Below, one piece after another: positions 1 to 10,395 of a DNA stretch of 64,000 nucleotides (the stretch's first letter is position 1; every line of letters begins with the position of its first letter). Below the pieces are notes generated by a model that saw only the letters and a program-made list of their open reading frames with translations, did not search any database and was not told the origin of the DNA. This DNA comes from Spirochaetia bacterium (GTDB lineage Bacteria; Spirochaetota; Spirochaetia; WTKD01; G963693115). The DNA lies in contig CBDDCA010000006.1 in assembly GCA_965226055.1 (NCBI GenBank), positions 1 to 64,000 of the forward strand, read 5' to 3'. The translations under genes and the position numbers were made by a program.

Positions 1-131
1 ACAAATACTATTTTTTGTGTTATCTCTATAAATTAAAAAAAAAAAAAAATGGGATGAAATACACAAAAATATACATACACTATAGTAATATATACTAATA
101 ATGCTACAATAGAAATAGTATGAACAACAAA
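1..131. repeat. Copy 1 of a ~130-bp intergenic module with an A15 tract (35-49); ends in the rdgB start
   Basis: ACAAATACTATTTTT-TGTGT...AATT(A15)TGGGATGAAATACACAAAAATATACA...AATAATGCTAC.ATAGA.AT..TATGAACAACAAA recurs at 44567-44695. Confidence 0.9.
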
Positions 132-821
132 GAACCCATACAACTCATTGTTGCCAGCTCAAATACCCATAAAATACAAGAGATACATCAAATACTTCCA
201 CACATTTCGTTTAGTAGTATATCCGATATTCAACAAGCACATACTATTCCTGATACAGCTGATTTTTTTACGCCTCCCGAAGAAACAGGAAAGACTTTTT
301 TTGAAAATGCAATGATAAAAGCACAATACTATTATCGCACTTTGCAAGTGTACTATAAAAACACTGAAAAACAGAGTTTCAAAAACATAGCAGTAGTAGC
401 AGAAGATTCTGGTATTAGCATCGATGCTTTAGGGGGAGCTCCTGGTATTTTTTCTGCTCGCTATGGCAAAGACAAAGTAAGTAAAGAAACACAACAGAGG
501 AACGCTCAATGGCAACTTGATTATGTATTGAAACATATGGAAGGAAAAACACAACGTAGTGCATACTTTACTTGCTCTGTAGTAGTGCTATTTTCTGATA
601 ATAATTTTATAAGCTCACAAGCTACATGGCATGGAAGTATTATAGACACTCCATCGTATACATTACAAAATGGCTTTGGATATGATCCTATTTTTTATCT
701 TCATGAACAACAATGTACCTCTGCTATGTTATCCTCTCAAGAAAAAAATATACTTTCCCATCGAGCAAAGGCATTTACACAATTAGCTCCATTATTTTAT
801 TCATTAAATCTGATACACTAA
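120..821 (+). CDS. rdgB: Non-canonical purine NTP pyrophosphatase (RdgB/HAM1)
   Basis: ASSNxHK, EETGKTFxENA, EDSG, GAPGIFSAR, GFGYDPIF and SHR motifs. Confidence 0.95.
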   Translation: MNNKEPIQLIVASSNTHKIQEIHQILPHISFSSISDIQQAHTIPDTADFFTPPEETGKTFFENAMIKAQYYYRTLQVYYKNTEKQSFKNIAVVAEDSGISIDALGGAPGIFSARYGKDKVSKETQQRNAQWQLDYVLKHMEGKTQRSAYFTCSVVVLFSDNNFISSQATWHGSIIDTPSYTLQNGFGYDPIFYLHEQQCTSAMLSSQEKNILSHRAKAFTQLAPLFYSLNLIH

Positions 822-853
822 TAATAGTATATAACACAATATAAGGAGAAACT

Positions 854-2668
854 ATGTCAGATACAAAACAACAGAACATGCTTAAAAACAGAGAGGATAT
901 ACCAGTTCAAGACACATGGAACTTAGAGCTTTTGTATAAAAATACAGTAGCATGGGACTCTGCATATGAAGAGATACAAAAAAGAATACAAGCATTTACA
1001 CAATTTGAAGGCAGTATACAAGAAGATGAAACACATTTACTTACCGTATATGAAGAGCTTTTTTCTTTACAAAGAAAAGTTCATCACTTAGCTACTTATG
1101 CTATGCTTAAAATGTCCGAAGACGCCATCAATCCTGAACATCAACAGTTATATGCAAAAGTACAATTTTTGAGTACAAACTTTAGTAAGGCAACTGCATT
1201 CTTACCACAAAGCATGTCACGCCTATCAGATGCTTTTTTAGAATCTCTGCTTGAAAAAAACGCTTTTTCTGATTACAAACAAACAATTCGTACTTTCTTA
1301 CGACAGAAACAACACATACTCTCTTTGAGCGAAGAAAAAATACTTGCACAACAAAGCCTATATGAAGATGGATTTGAAGCAAGTTTTTCTGCCCTGATGG
1401 ATGCAGATTTACGCTTTGGTACAATACAAACACCAGAAGGAGAAATAGAGCTTACCCATAGTACTATGTCTGTGCTGATGGAACACAAAGAGAGACAGGT
1501 ACGAAAAGATGCATACACAAAATACTTTACAGTACTCACTGAGCATACACAGGTGTTATCTCGCTTATATACAAGCAGTGTACAACAAGATTGTGTACAT
1601 GCAACTATACGCAAATACAACAGCGCGCTTGAAGCAAGTATTCATACACAAAATATCCCTCTCTCATTGTATTCTACACTTATTGATAACTGTCGTTCTT
1701 ATTGTAAAGAATTACATGACTATTATGCCATGCTAAAACAATACGCACAGTTAGATGATTATAGCGTATATGACACTCGTGCTCCACTTTTTGAACATCC
1801 TCCCCATGACATGAGTTATGATGAAGCAGTAGCACTCATTTGTGAAGCACTTGCTCCGTTAGGAACAGAGTATATTTCTATTATGAAAAAAGGTCTTACC
1901 AGCGATAGATGGGTAGATAAATACGAAAGTAAAGGCAAACGTTCTGGTGCTTTTTCCAGTGGCGTATACGATAGTGAGCCCTACATTCTGCTCAATTATC
2001 AAAATAAATCACTCGATCAAGTATTTACGCTTGCCCATGAGGCAGGACATAGCATGCACAGTTACTTTGCACATAAAGCTAACCCTTACCCTATGTCTAG
2101 CTATACTATTTTTGAAGCCGAAGTAGCGTCAACACTTAATGAGTATCTTCTCCATCGATACCTCATTGATACATGTAACAATGAGAAATATAAAGCATAT
2201 TATCTTTGGCATGAAATTCAAGAATTTACTTCGGTATTTTTTCGACAAGTAATGTTTGCCGAATTTGAATTACAGTGTCATCAACACATAGAACAAGGAA
2301 AACCATTAAGCGCTCAATTTTTTCTTGAATTAAGCAAAACATTATTACAAGACTATTACGGCTCTGCTGTTACGATACCCGAGCTTTCTCATATACTAGG
2401 ACTACGGATACCTCATTTTTATCGTGCGTATTATGTGTTTAAGTATGCTACAGGAATATCAGCAGCAATAGCAATAGGAGCCAACATATACAAAGGCAAC
2501 AGTGATACACTTAATGGGTACTTTGAGTTTCTCAGAAGTGGAGGATCGCGTTTTCCTATAGAGTCATTACAACTTGCAGGAGTAGATTTTATACACGGCA
2601 CTCCTATTACTGAAGCATTAGATGATTTTACTAAAAAGAAAAATGAACTAAAAAAACTACTAGCATAA
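854..2668 (+). CDS. pepF: Oligoendopeptidase F (M3B)
   Basis: HEAGHSMH zinc motif, GKRSGAFS, AEVAST, PHFY; AAGGAG RBS. Confidence 0.95.
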   Translation: MSDTKQQNMLKNREDIPVQDTWNLELLYKNTVAWDSAYEEIQKRIQAFTQFEGSIQEDETHLLTVYEELFSLQRKVHHLATYAMLKMSEDAINPEHQQLYAKVQFLSTNFSKATAFLPQSMSRLSDAFLESLLEKNAFSDYKQTIRTFLRQKQHILSLSEEKILAQQSLYEDGFEASFSALMDADLRFGTIQTPEGEIELTHSTMSVLMEHKERQVRKDAYTKYFTVLTEHTQVLSRLYTSSVQQDCVHATIRKYNSALEASIHTQNIPLSLYSTLIDNCRSYCKELHDYYAMLKQYAQLDDYSVYDTRAPLFEHPPHDMSYDEAVALICEALAPLGTEYISIMKKGLTSDRWVDKYESKGKRSGAFSSGVYDSEPYILLNYQNKSLDQVFTLAHEAGHSMHSYFAHKANPYPMSSYTIFEAEVASTLNEYLLHRYLIDTCNNEKYKAYYLWHEIQEFTSVFFRQVMFAEFELQCHQHIEQGKPLSAQFFLELSKTLLQDYYGSAVTIPELSHILGLRIPHFYRAYYVFKYATGISAAIAIGANIYKGNSDTLNGYFEFLRSGGSRFPIESLQLAGVDFIHGTPITEALDDFTKKKNELKKLLA

Positions 2669-2744
2669 TAATACTAATTGGAGCTATATACTATACAACC
2701 TCAAAGAAAAACTATCTATGTTCTTTTATATGTAATATGTATAT

Positions 2745-3056
2745 CTAGCTTGATTCAAAAAAATTTTTTGCCAGTACAAGCATATAAAAAATAATCACGT
2801 TAGATAATATAGCTACCGCTATCGCCCCAGCAAAAGAAAAAAAACTTTTAATTTTACCTTCTTTCATAGATTTTAATTCATTTTCCAATGCTTTCAAATC
2901 TTCAGATTTTGCTAATCCTTTTATATCTTGTGACATTGCATCTATTTGTTTCTCTATATGCTTATATTGAGCTTCCAAAACACCTAGTCTCTCAACAACA
3001 TCAATCGAGAATTTATTCATACTAAAATTTTGTGCTTTATTTACTTGGTGGCTCAT
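2745..3056 (-). CDS. Small coiled-coil protein with a C-terminal transmembrane anchor
   Basis: 103-aa ORF with AAGGAG RBS; heptad-like region followed by a hydrophobic helix. Confidence 0.65.
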   Translation of the reverse strand: MSHQVNKAQNFSMNKFSIDVVERLGVLEAQYKHIEKQIDAMSQDIKGLAKSEDLKALENELKSMKEGKIKSFFSFAGAIAVAILSNVIIFYMLVLAKNFFESS

Positions 3057-3285
3057 ATATCACTTACTCCTTATATATATAATAACAGAAAAAGAAATAT
3101 ATTGCTTGAGTATTTTTTATAAAATGCGGATTCAAGGACTAAGTACGACAGCAAAGGCTTTAGCGGAACAAATATTTTGACTTTGTTGGGGTATCATTAC
3201 CGTTGTATAAGTTTCCTATGAGTGTATATACACTATCAGTAGTATTTATACTATACTATATACAGTATATACAAGGCTTGTACAT

Positions 3286-3359
3286 GGGGCTATAGCTCAA
3301 TTGGCTAGAGTGCGACAATGGCATTGTCGAGGTTGGCGGTTCAATTCCGCCTAGCTCCA
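3286..3359 (+). tRNA. tRNA-Ala(GGC)
   Basis: GGGGCTA/TAGCTCC acceptor stem with G3:U70; anticodon arm CGACA-ATGGCAT-TGTCG; GGTTCAATTCC T-arm; CCA not encoded. Confidence 0.97.
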
Positions 3360-3436
3360 TACACATTCTGTACCCACCTATAGCTCAATTACTCAGTATA
3401 TAGAATAAAATATGCTACTGCTCTGTTTTAGTTCTT

Positions 3437-5206
3437 TTATGTGCCGTAATGTTCCCCTAAATAAATTTCACGAGCTCTCACATCGTTCATTATTTCTTCT
3501 CGAGAACCAGTTACCATAATCTTTCCATTATGGATAATAAATGCACGATTAGTGATCGAAAGAGTATCATGTTCATTATGATCTGTTATCAAAACTCCTA
3601 CCCCTCTTTTTGCTAATGCAGCAATAATTTGCTTCAATTCATATCGCGCTTTTGGATCTATTCCTGTAAAAGGTTCATCTAACAAAAGAAAACGTGGCTT
3701 TAATGCCATTGCTCGTGCAATTTCCGTACGTCTCCGCTCCCCTCCCGAAAGGGTGTATGCTTTTTGCTTTCTTAAGGAGAGTAAGCCAAAATCACGCATA
3801 ATACTCTCAAGCCGTTCCATACGCTCCTGACGCTTCAATCCCGGAATAGTTTCTAAAATAGCAAGAATATTTTTTTCAACAGACATACGTCTAAATACCG
3901 ATGGATCCTGTGGCAAATACGAAATTCCGAGCTTAGCACGCTTATGCATAGCGAGCTTATTGATTACATTTCCATCCAATACGATAGATCCTTTTGTAGG
4001 GATAATAAATCCTACTATCATATAAAACACTGTTGTTTTTCCTGCTCCATTAGGCCCTAAAAACCCTACTACTTCCCCTGTACTGACACTGAAACTTACC
4101 CCTTGCACCGCTCTCTTTTTACCAAAATACTTATGAAGTTCTTGTACATGTAATGTATGCATTGCATGACTTTCATTGTATTGATCTAACGATTCCTGTG
4201 CAAATATTGTCTGAACAGTATGCCCTTTAGAAAGATCAGGAGACATATCAGAAGAAGTACCAGTAGAAATACTGTCAGTGCTTTCCTGTCCTTTACGTAT
4301 AGTCTGTGTTGGAGTTTGTATCTCATCAAACTCAGAGGCTACTTTCTCAGTACTCTGCTGTATAGCAATATCCTGCTCTGTATCACTTGTTTGTTTCTGT
4401 TTTTTCTTCAATAGACGAAAAAGAGAATTTATGCGAAATATGCTAAAAAAACGCATAAGTAAAGATTGACGTGTTTTTTTTCTCAGCCTTCCTTCTTCAA
4501 GAACAACAGTAGCAGGATGTTTTTTCATTGGCGAAAATTCATGTACTTCTTTCGTTTGTTCTATTGCTTCGTTAGATTCTCTGTTCTCCTTTTGCTCTTG
4601 TTCTTGTATATTATTTTCTTGCGTATCATTATTTGCAGTAACAGTACTGTCTTCTCTATCGTTTACTGGTGTAAACAAAGGAGATATACTTGCATCTGCA
4701 GTGGGTATTACACTTACCTCTTCCTGTACTGGTTTTTCTGCAGATTTTTCTGCTTCATCAGTGGGTATTGTGCCCACCTCTTCCTGTACTTTCTCTGTAG
4801 GTTTTTCTGCAGATTTTTCTGCTTCATCAGTGGGTATTGTACCCACCTCTTCCTGTGCTTTCTCTGCAGATTTTTCTGCTTCATCAGTGGGTATTGTGCC
4901 CACCTCTTCCTGTGCTTTCTCTGTAATGTGTGATGCTACCGTTTTAGTACTTTTACGTTTCTCTCCACTCTCTTTTTTTATAGCAGTACGTTTTTTTTGT
5001 GTGCTTTTTCTGACAGTCTTTTTTTCTTCTATTGTCGGATTTTTTTCATCATCAGATTTTTGCACATCAATAGAAGTAAGAGATTGCATTTCTTCTTGTT
5101 TCTCTTTATTCCTTGTTTGTTTATGTTGCACTCTTTTCTTGCTTGTATTATTTGTATGATGAGTTGAAGTACTATTCTTTTCTTTTGTAGAGTTTTGTTT
5201 TTCCAT
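3437..5206 (-). CDS. lptB: LptB-type ABC ATPase with a ~350-aa low-complexity N-terminal extension
   Basis: GPNGAGKTT, YLPQ, LSGGERRR, LLDEPF, ITDHN; lies downstream of lptC-lptA. Confidence 0.9.
   Translation of the reverse strand: MEKQNSTKEKNSTSTHHTNNTSKKRVQHKQTRNKEKQEEMQSLTSIDVQKSDDEKNPTIEEKKTVRKSTQKKRTAIKKESGEKRKSTKTVASHITEKAQEEVGTIPTDEAEKSAEKAQEEVGTIPTDEAEKSAEKPTEKVQEEVGTIPTDEAEKSAEKPVQEEVSVIPTADASISPLFTPVNDREDSTVTANNDTQENNIQEQEQKENRESNEAIEQTKEVHEFSPMKKHPATVVLEEGRLRKKTRQSLLMRFFSIFRINSLFRLLKKKQKQTSDTEQDIAIQQSTEKVASEFDEIQTPTQTIRKGQESTDSISTGTSSDMSPDLSKGHTVQTIFAQESLDQYNESHAMHTLHVQELHKYFGKKRAVQGVSFSVSTGEVVGFLGPNGAGKTTVFYMIVGFIIPTKGSIVLDGNVINKLAMHKRAKLGISYLPQDPSVFRRMSVEKNILAILETIPGLKRQERMERLESIMRDFGLLSLRKQKAYTLSGGERRRTEIARAMALKPRFLLLDEPFTGIDPKARYELKQIIAALAKRGVGVLITDHNEHDTLSITNRAFIIHNGKIMVTGSREEIMNDVRAREIYLGEHYGT
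4701..4923 (-). repeat. Intragenic tandem repeat of ~57-69 bp, 3 full copies plus 1 partial (QEEVGTIPTDEAEKSAEK)
   Basis: TCTGCAGATTTTTCTGCTTCATCAGTGGGTATTGT.CCCACCTCTTCCTGT repeated. Confidence 0.92.
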
Positions 5207-5261
5207 ATATATTCCAGTATATTACTTTTTGTACACAGATAGGAAATACCTTTCTGTATAT

Positions 5262-6167
5262 CTATTGACTATCTTCATTTATTTCAGATGGAGAAGCATT
5301 AGTGCTACCCTCTTCTGTAGTTACTGTTATGTTATCAGCTGCTTCACCGATATTTTCTGTTTCAGTGCTAGCTTCACGTACCTCTTCTGTTACAGCGGTA
5401 GTCTCACTTATCTCTTCACTCTCTGCGGTAGTTTCATCTACAGTTTGCTCTTGAGATATAGGCTCTTCCTCTTCTTCTGTATTACGCGTAGATATAGTGC
5501 CTTTCACTTTTCCTTCAAGATGCACCTCATCATTATCAAGATTGATACTTACTCGTTCAGCACTGTACTCATCATCTTTCCATAACGCATAGGGAAATCC
5601 CGAAAGCTCAAGAATTTCTGTTTCACGATAATAGGTAAGAAATTCACTACGCGCACTTAACTCTTCTTTCTTGGTTATTTTTACACCTAATTGTACTACC
5701 ATAAACTTACCATCTTCCTTTGATTCAAGAAAACGTGCTCTTATGACTACATCGTTTTGACTATCCTGCATAACGACATTGCCTTCTGCCCGTAATAACT
5801 TCTCTTGTCTATCATAGAACAAACGATCCCCTTCCAGAGAAAAATCGTTTTTTAAGTCAAGTGCCTTAAATCTCCCCCCTACCTCTGCAAACTGAAAATC
5901 ATCTCCATATAACTTTATCTCTCCTGCAGTAATAAGAACATCATCAGCAGTAACTTCAGCATTTCCACTTAAAAGAGTAAATTCTTTTCCTTCTGCTAAA
6001 TTGGCAGTAGTACTATCTGCCGAAAATGTAAAAATTTTTCTCTCTGCATAGAGAGATGCAACGGAGACAGTATACACTGCTACAAACAACATTGTTGTAA
6101 CGAGAGTACGAAAGCATATATATTTTTTACTCAACATCATGTTTATACTTTTACTCATACTAATCAC
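5262..6167 (-). CDS. lptA: LptA/OstA-family protein with acidic tail
   Basis: Signal peptide, beta-jellyroll pattern (LSGNAEV, AEGNVVM, LELSG.P); located between lptC and lptB. Confidence 0.8.
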   Translation of the reverse strand: MISMSKSINMMLSKKYICFRTLVTTMLFVAVYTVSVASLYAERKIFTFSADSTTANLAEGKEFTLLSGNAEVTADDVLITAGEIKLYGDDFQFAEVGGRFKALDLKNDFSLEGDRLFYDRQEKLLRAEGNVVMQDSQNDVVIRARFLESKEDGKFMVVQLGVKITKKEELSARSEFLTYYRETEILELSGFPYALWKDDEYSAERVSINLDNDEVHLEGKVKGTISTRNTEEEEEPISQEQTVDETTAESEEISETTAVTEEVREASTETENIGEAADNITVTTEEGSTNASPSEINEDSQ

Positions 6168-6943
6168 TGTTCCGTACTATCAACAGTACCTTGATCCAAG
6201 CTATCATTTGAGTTGTCAGCATTTGAGTTATCAGTGGTAGCAGCATCTTGTTCTGTGCTATCATTATCAGCAGCTACGCTCTCTTCTTCATCAAACCCTG
6301 CAAAAATAATAGCAGTTTCCTCATCAACAGGAAGCTCTTCTTCGCTAACTGTCTCTTCATCTTCAACTACCAGTTCCCCTATGACTTGACGTTCTAATGT
6401 AAGGTTACGCGAATCAGCATCTCCTACAAAGCCATATCCTTGAATTTTAGAACCATCATCTCTTTTAATAGTCAATAAATCATCTTGATTACTTTCTATC
6501 ACTCTTTGACTATCTTTCCATTGAATAAAATTTGTCTGTAACTCTGATTCATCTTTATTGGAACGTACCCAAATATCTCCCGTGAGAGTTACATCATTAT
6601 TTTGTGTATTGATACTTGCTTGATTCGCTTGTCCTATCATACGTATTTCACCACTTTTAGACATTTCACGAAACTCTATATCTTCAACATCATATTTATC
6701 ATAATCCGAAAATATATTGATATTCTTAGAATCAATAACAACAATAGTCCCTCGTACATAGGTAATTGATGCATCTATCATCTGTATATCAGGAATATCA
6801 CTATCCAGACCTTCTGCTAAATCTGCAGTACTATAATCAAAGGAGCAAGAAAGCACGAGTATCATCCATACCGTACTCACAGCGATAAATATACTATGTA
6901 CAAGAAAGCTATATTTCATACTATCTATTTTACGATTATCCAT
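6164..6943 (-). CDS. lptC: LptC-family protein
   Basis: N-terminal hydrophobic/lipobox segment (LSC), LTGDIWV, IQGYGF; operon position. Confidence 0.75.
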   Translation of the reverse strand: MDNRKIDSMKYSFLVHSIFIAVSTVWMILVLSCSFDYSTADLAEGLDSDIPDIQMIDASITYVRGTIVVIDSKNINIFSDYDKYDVEDIEFREMSKSGEIRMIGQANQASINTQNNDVTLTGDIWVRSNKDESELQTNFIQWKDSQRVIESNQDDLLTIKRDDGSKIQGYGFVGDADSRNLTLERQVIGELVVEDEETVSEEELPVDEETAIIFAGFDEEESVAADNDSTEQDAATTDNSNADNSNDSLDQGTVDSTEQ

Positions 6944-6978
6944 ACTATAATATAAAAAATAATATCACAAAATATACT

Positions 6979-8625
6979 TTATTGTTTTGTCTCTTTGTTA
7001 TCATTTTTCATATGTATACATGCCTGTATAAAACCAACAAATAAAGGATGTGGTTCTACTGGCATTGACTTAAACTCAGGATGAAATTGCACTCCTACTC
7101 CCCAAGGGTGACCTGGCCATTCTACACATTCTACCAATATCCCATCTTCAGTAGTGCCAGTAATAGCTAGCTTTGCTTTTTTCAAATCTTCAACATATTT
7201 TGTACTTACTTCGTACCTATGACGATGTCTTTCAGAAATAATTTTTTTTCCATAACAATGATGAACAATACTTGTATCGGTAAGTTTTGAATTGTTAGCA
7301 CCCAATCGCATAGTACCACCAAGGTTTACTACCCCTTCTTGCTGTTCAAGCAAACTTATAACAGGATATTCAGTATCAGGAGCACATTCTGTGCTATGGG
7401 CATGTTTCCATCCTAATACATTACGTGCATATTCAATAACTTGTATCTGCATTCCCATACAAATGCCAAAGTAAGGAATTTTATTGATACGGGCATATTC
7501 TGCAGTCTTTACCATTCCATCAACACCACGAATACCAAAACCTCCTGGAACGAGAATGCCATCACAGGTCTCCAGGAGAGAAAGCACTAATTTATTCTTT
7601 TTGTATACCTCTTCAGCATCTATTTTATGAATCACTACCTTTGTTTTTCTTTTAATGCCTGCATGACATAACGCTTCATCTATTGATTTATACGAATCAG
7701 CAAGTTCAACATATTTTCCTACCATCGCTACATGCACTTCTTGTTCAAAATGCTTACAAATATTTACTACGTGCTTCCACTTATTCACTTTTTCATTAAC
7801 AACTTTGTGTACCGTAAGCCCTAGCTTTTTTAGTATCAATACATCAAGGTTTTGTTCCATATATCCAAAAGGAACATCATAGGTAGTCAATGAATCATGT
7901 CCAGAAATAACACATTCTTGCTTGACATTACATAAACGCTCAATCTTTGTTTTCAATTCTTGACTTAAGGATCTATGCGAACGACAGAGCAAAAAATCAG
8001 GCGATATACCAGTACTCCGTAATTCACGAACAGAATGTTGAGTAGGCTTTGTCTTTAGCTCTTTATTAGTGAGTTCTGGCACAAGAGTAAGGTGTACACA
8101 ACACACATTGTCTAACACTAGCTCGTACAAAATTTGACGAATACATTCTAAGAAAGGAAGTGATTCTATATCACCTACTGTTCCTCCTACCTCAATGATA
8201 GTAATATCCGTATCATCTCTTTGACCAACAGAATATATTCGTTTTTTTATTGCATCAATAATATGAGGAATAACCTGTACTGTGCGACCTAAATATTCAC
8301 CTCTACGTTCAGCTTGAATTACATCAGAATAAATTTGTCCTGTAGTAATAGAATTAAATTTTGACATATTTGCATGAGTAAATCGACTATAGTTTCCTAA
8401 ATCAAGATCTGTTTCTGTACCATCATCAGTAACATATACTTCACCATGCTGATAAGGATTCATTGTTCCTGCATCAACATTAAGATAGGGATCTATCTTG
8501 ATGAGTTGTACTGTATACTCACGAAATTCCATCAAACAACCAATGGATGCAGCTGCTATGCCTTTTCCTAGGCTAGAGCTTACCCCACCAGTCACAAATA
8601 TATATTTTCCTTTTTTTGTGCTCAT
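6979..8625 (-). CDS. pyrG: CTP synthase
   Basis: GGVSSSLGKG, DPYLNVDAGTM, KTKPTQHSV, GICMGMQ, QFHPE. Confidence 0.98.
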   Translation of the reverse strand: MSTKKGKYIFVTGGVSSSLGKGIAAASIGCLMEFREYTVQLIKIDPYLNVDAGTMNPYQHGEVYVTDDGTETDLDLGNYSRFTHANMSKFNSITTGQIYSDVIQAERRGEYLGRTVQVIPHIIDAIKKRIYSVGQRDDTDITIIEVGGTVGDIESLPFLECIRQILYELVLDNVCCVHLTLVPELTNKELKTKPTQHSVRELRSTGISPDFLLCRSHRSLSQELKTKIERLCNVKQECVISGHDSLTTYDVPFGYMEQNLDVLILKKLGLTVHKVVNEKVNKWKHVVNICKHFEQEVHVAMVGKYVELADSYKSIDEALCHAGIKRKTKVVIHKIDAEEVYKKNKLVLSLLETCDGILVPGGFGIRGVDGMVKTAEYARINKIPYFGICMGMQIQVIEYARNVLGWKHAHSTECAPDTEYPVISLLEQQEGVVNLGGTMRLGANNSKLTDTSIVHHCYGKKIISERHRHRYEVSTKYVEDLKKAKLAITGTTEDGILVECVEWPGHPWGVGVQFHPEFKSMPVEPHPLFVGFIQACIHMKNDNKETKQ

Positions 8626-8733
8626 ATATCTCGCATTATTTTATAACTGTTTGTTACTATAATAGTACAAAGACAAGTAATTTGCAGAGTATTGCATATT
8701 AGTCTATACTCATATACATATTATATTATTTAT

Positions 8734-9378
8734 ATGATAAAAAAAACACTTACTATACAAGTACTAGGACTCATAGAATATCAAAAAGCACTTGAAATAC
8801 AGATTGATTTACAACAAAAAAGAATACATGATGAAATACCAGACACAATACTTCTGCTAGAACATCCTACCGTTATAACGTTAGGAAAAAGAGGCAAAGA
8901 AAATGACATTCTCTTATCTAAAAAATTTCTCCATGACAAACACATAAACATTGTAAAAACAGATCGAGGAGGAGAAGTTACTTTACATTCTCCGGGACAA
9001 TTAGTATGCTACTTTATAGTAAAACTAAACAATACTGTAGGAGCATTACGGTCATTCTTATCTATCGTTGAACAAAGTCTTATTAGCACTTTGCACAGCA
9101 TAGGTATCACTGCTTCGGCTTCTACAAGCAATGTTGGTATTTGGGTAGAAAATAGAAAGATAGCCTCTATAGGAATAAGTGTCAATCACAGGGTAACACG
9201 ACATGGCTTTGCTCTTAATATCAGCAACGCGCTGGATTATTTCTCTTATATTGTCCCTTGTGGACTAACAAATACCTCAATTACCAGTACAGAAAAAGAA
9301 CTACAAACAAAACAAAACATGCAGTCTATTATTGAAATATATACAAACACAATTCAATATATGTATAAACAGCTATAA
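8734..9378 (+). CDS. lipB: Lipoyl(octanoyl) transferase
   Basis: LLEHPTVITLG, DRGGEVTLHSPGQ, KIASIG, HGFALN, PCG; ATG at 8734 preferred as start. Confidence 0.95.
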   Translation: MIKKTLTIQVLGLIEYQKALEIQIDLQQKRIHDEIPDTILLLEHPTVITLGKRGKENDILLSKKFLHDKHINIVKTDRGGEVTLHSPGQLVCYFIVKLNNTVGALRSFLSIVEQSLISTLHSIGITASASTSNVGIWVENRKIASIGISVNHRVTRHGFALNISNALDYFSYIVPCGLTNTSITSTEKELQTKQNMQSIIEIYTNTIQYMYKQL

Positions 9379-9409
9379 TTATTATAGTAAGTATAGTACT
9401 ATTATTATA

Positions 9410-9493
9410 GCCCGAGTGGTGAAATTGGTAAACACGCTAGATTCAGGTTCTAGTGGTCATATGACTTTGGAGGTTCAAGTCCTCTCTCGGGCA
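9410..9493 (+). tRNA. tRNA-Leu(CAG)
   Basis: GCCCGAG/CTCGGGC acceptor stem; anticodon arm CTAGA-TTCAGGT-TCTAG; long variable arm; GGTTCAAGTCC. Confidence 0.97.
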
Positions 9494-9508
9494 AAAACAA
9501 GTATCAAT

Positions 9509-10375
9509 TTAAGGTAAGGTATATACGCATTCTAACTGTACTCCATGCTGTATAGAATACCCTTTAATACCAACAGAGGTTATTTCACCACGATTAAATA
9601 TTATTTGTTTTACATCATTTATTTCCTCAGAGAGAAAAAATTTTACTGTATATCCAAAAATAATTTTTATGTCACGATTACTAATTTTATCAAATACCAT
9701 ACCAGTGGAAATACTGGTATAATAGCTTGGACTCGTAAGACGTTCATCAGAATCATCTATAATATTACTATAATCTGATTTCTCTAAAAATATTTGTGTT
9801 GAATCCTGAAAATACCCGTAGCCTCTAAAAATAGGATATGTTATCCCTATACCAGAAGAAAGATACACACCAATATTAGTATATTGACGTAAGGTAAATA
9901 TAAATCTTACATTTGCATCCCCACTCATATCAATACTTCTGTACTCAAAAGATTCTTTACTACTAGAGTATTTAGCTCCAGCATTCACAAAACTTCCTCC
10001 TACTCTTGCATAGATATCCATTGATATTGGAATAGTTATTCCAAATATATAGGGTAAATCTGTACCAACCACAAAAGAAGTGTTGACAATAGAAGATATG
10101 TAACCAAGAGAAAACGGCACTGTTTGACTATCAACAGAAATACTATCTCTGCTATTACTTGATTGTGCAAGCACTGCTTCAAGTCCAATAGGAAATAAGT
10201 ATTCAAAACTCCCTCCTAAAAAGAGAGGGCGTACTTTTCTTATAGCTCTATTTGATTCAAGGGCTTCTGTTCCTTCAAGTATTCTTTCAGATTCTTGTGA
10301 AAAAAGAGAGGGAGAACAGAGCAGAAACAGAAACATACATATATACTTCATATGTAAATATATAAGTCTACGCAT
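9509..10375 (-). CDS. Exported hypothetical protein, possible outer-membrane beta-barrel
   Basis: Signal peptide (..SLFS/QE), amphipathic Gly/aromatic-rich strands; start at 10375 chosen after AGGA. Confidence 0.6.
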   Translation of the reverse strand: MRRLIYLHMKYICMFLFLLCSPSLFSQESERILEGTEALESNRAIRKVRPLFLGGSFEYLFPIGLEAVLAQSSNSRDSISVDSQTVPFSLGYISSIVNTSFVVGTDLPYIFGITIPISMDIYARVGGSFVNAGAKYSSSKESFEYRSIDMSGDANVRFIFTLRQYTNIGVYLSSGIGITYPIFRGYGYFQDSTQIFLEKSDYSNIIDDSDERLTSPSYYTSISTGMVFDKISNRDIKIIFGYTVKFFLSEEINDVKQIIFNRGEITSVGIKGYSIQHGVQLECVYTLP

Positions 10376-10395
10376 GATAACTACTATTCCTGTAT

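Noticed and set aside
3124-3220. Possible ncRNA or riboswitch
   Set aside because: No recognisable consensus or convincing stem found by eye
4701-4923. Repeats as a possible CRISPR array
   Set aside because: In-frame coding repeats with no unique spacers and no cas genes
9332-9517. 61-aa ORF
   Set aside because: Overlaps tRNA-Leu; spurious
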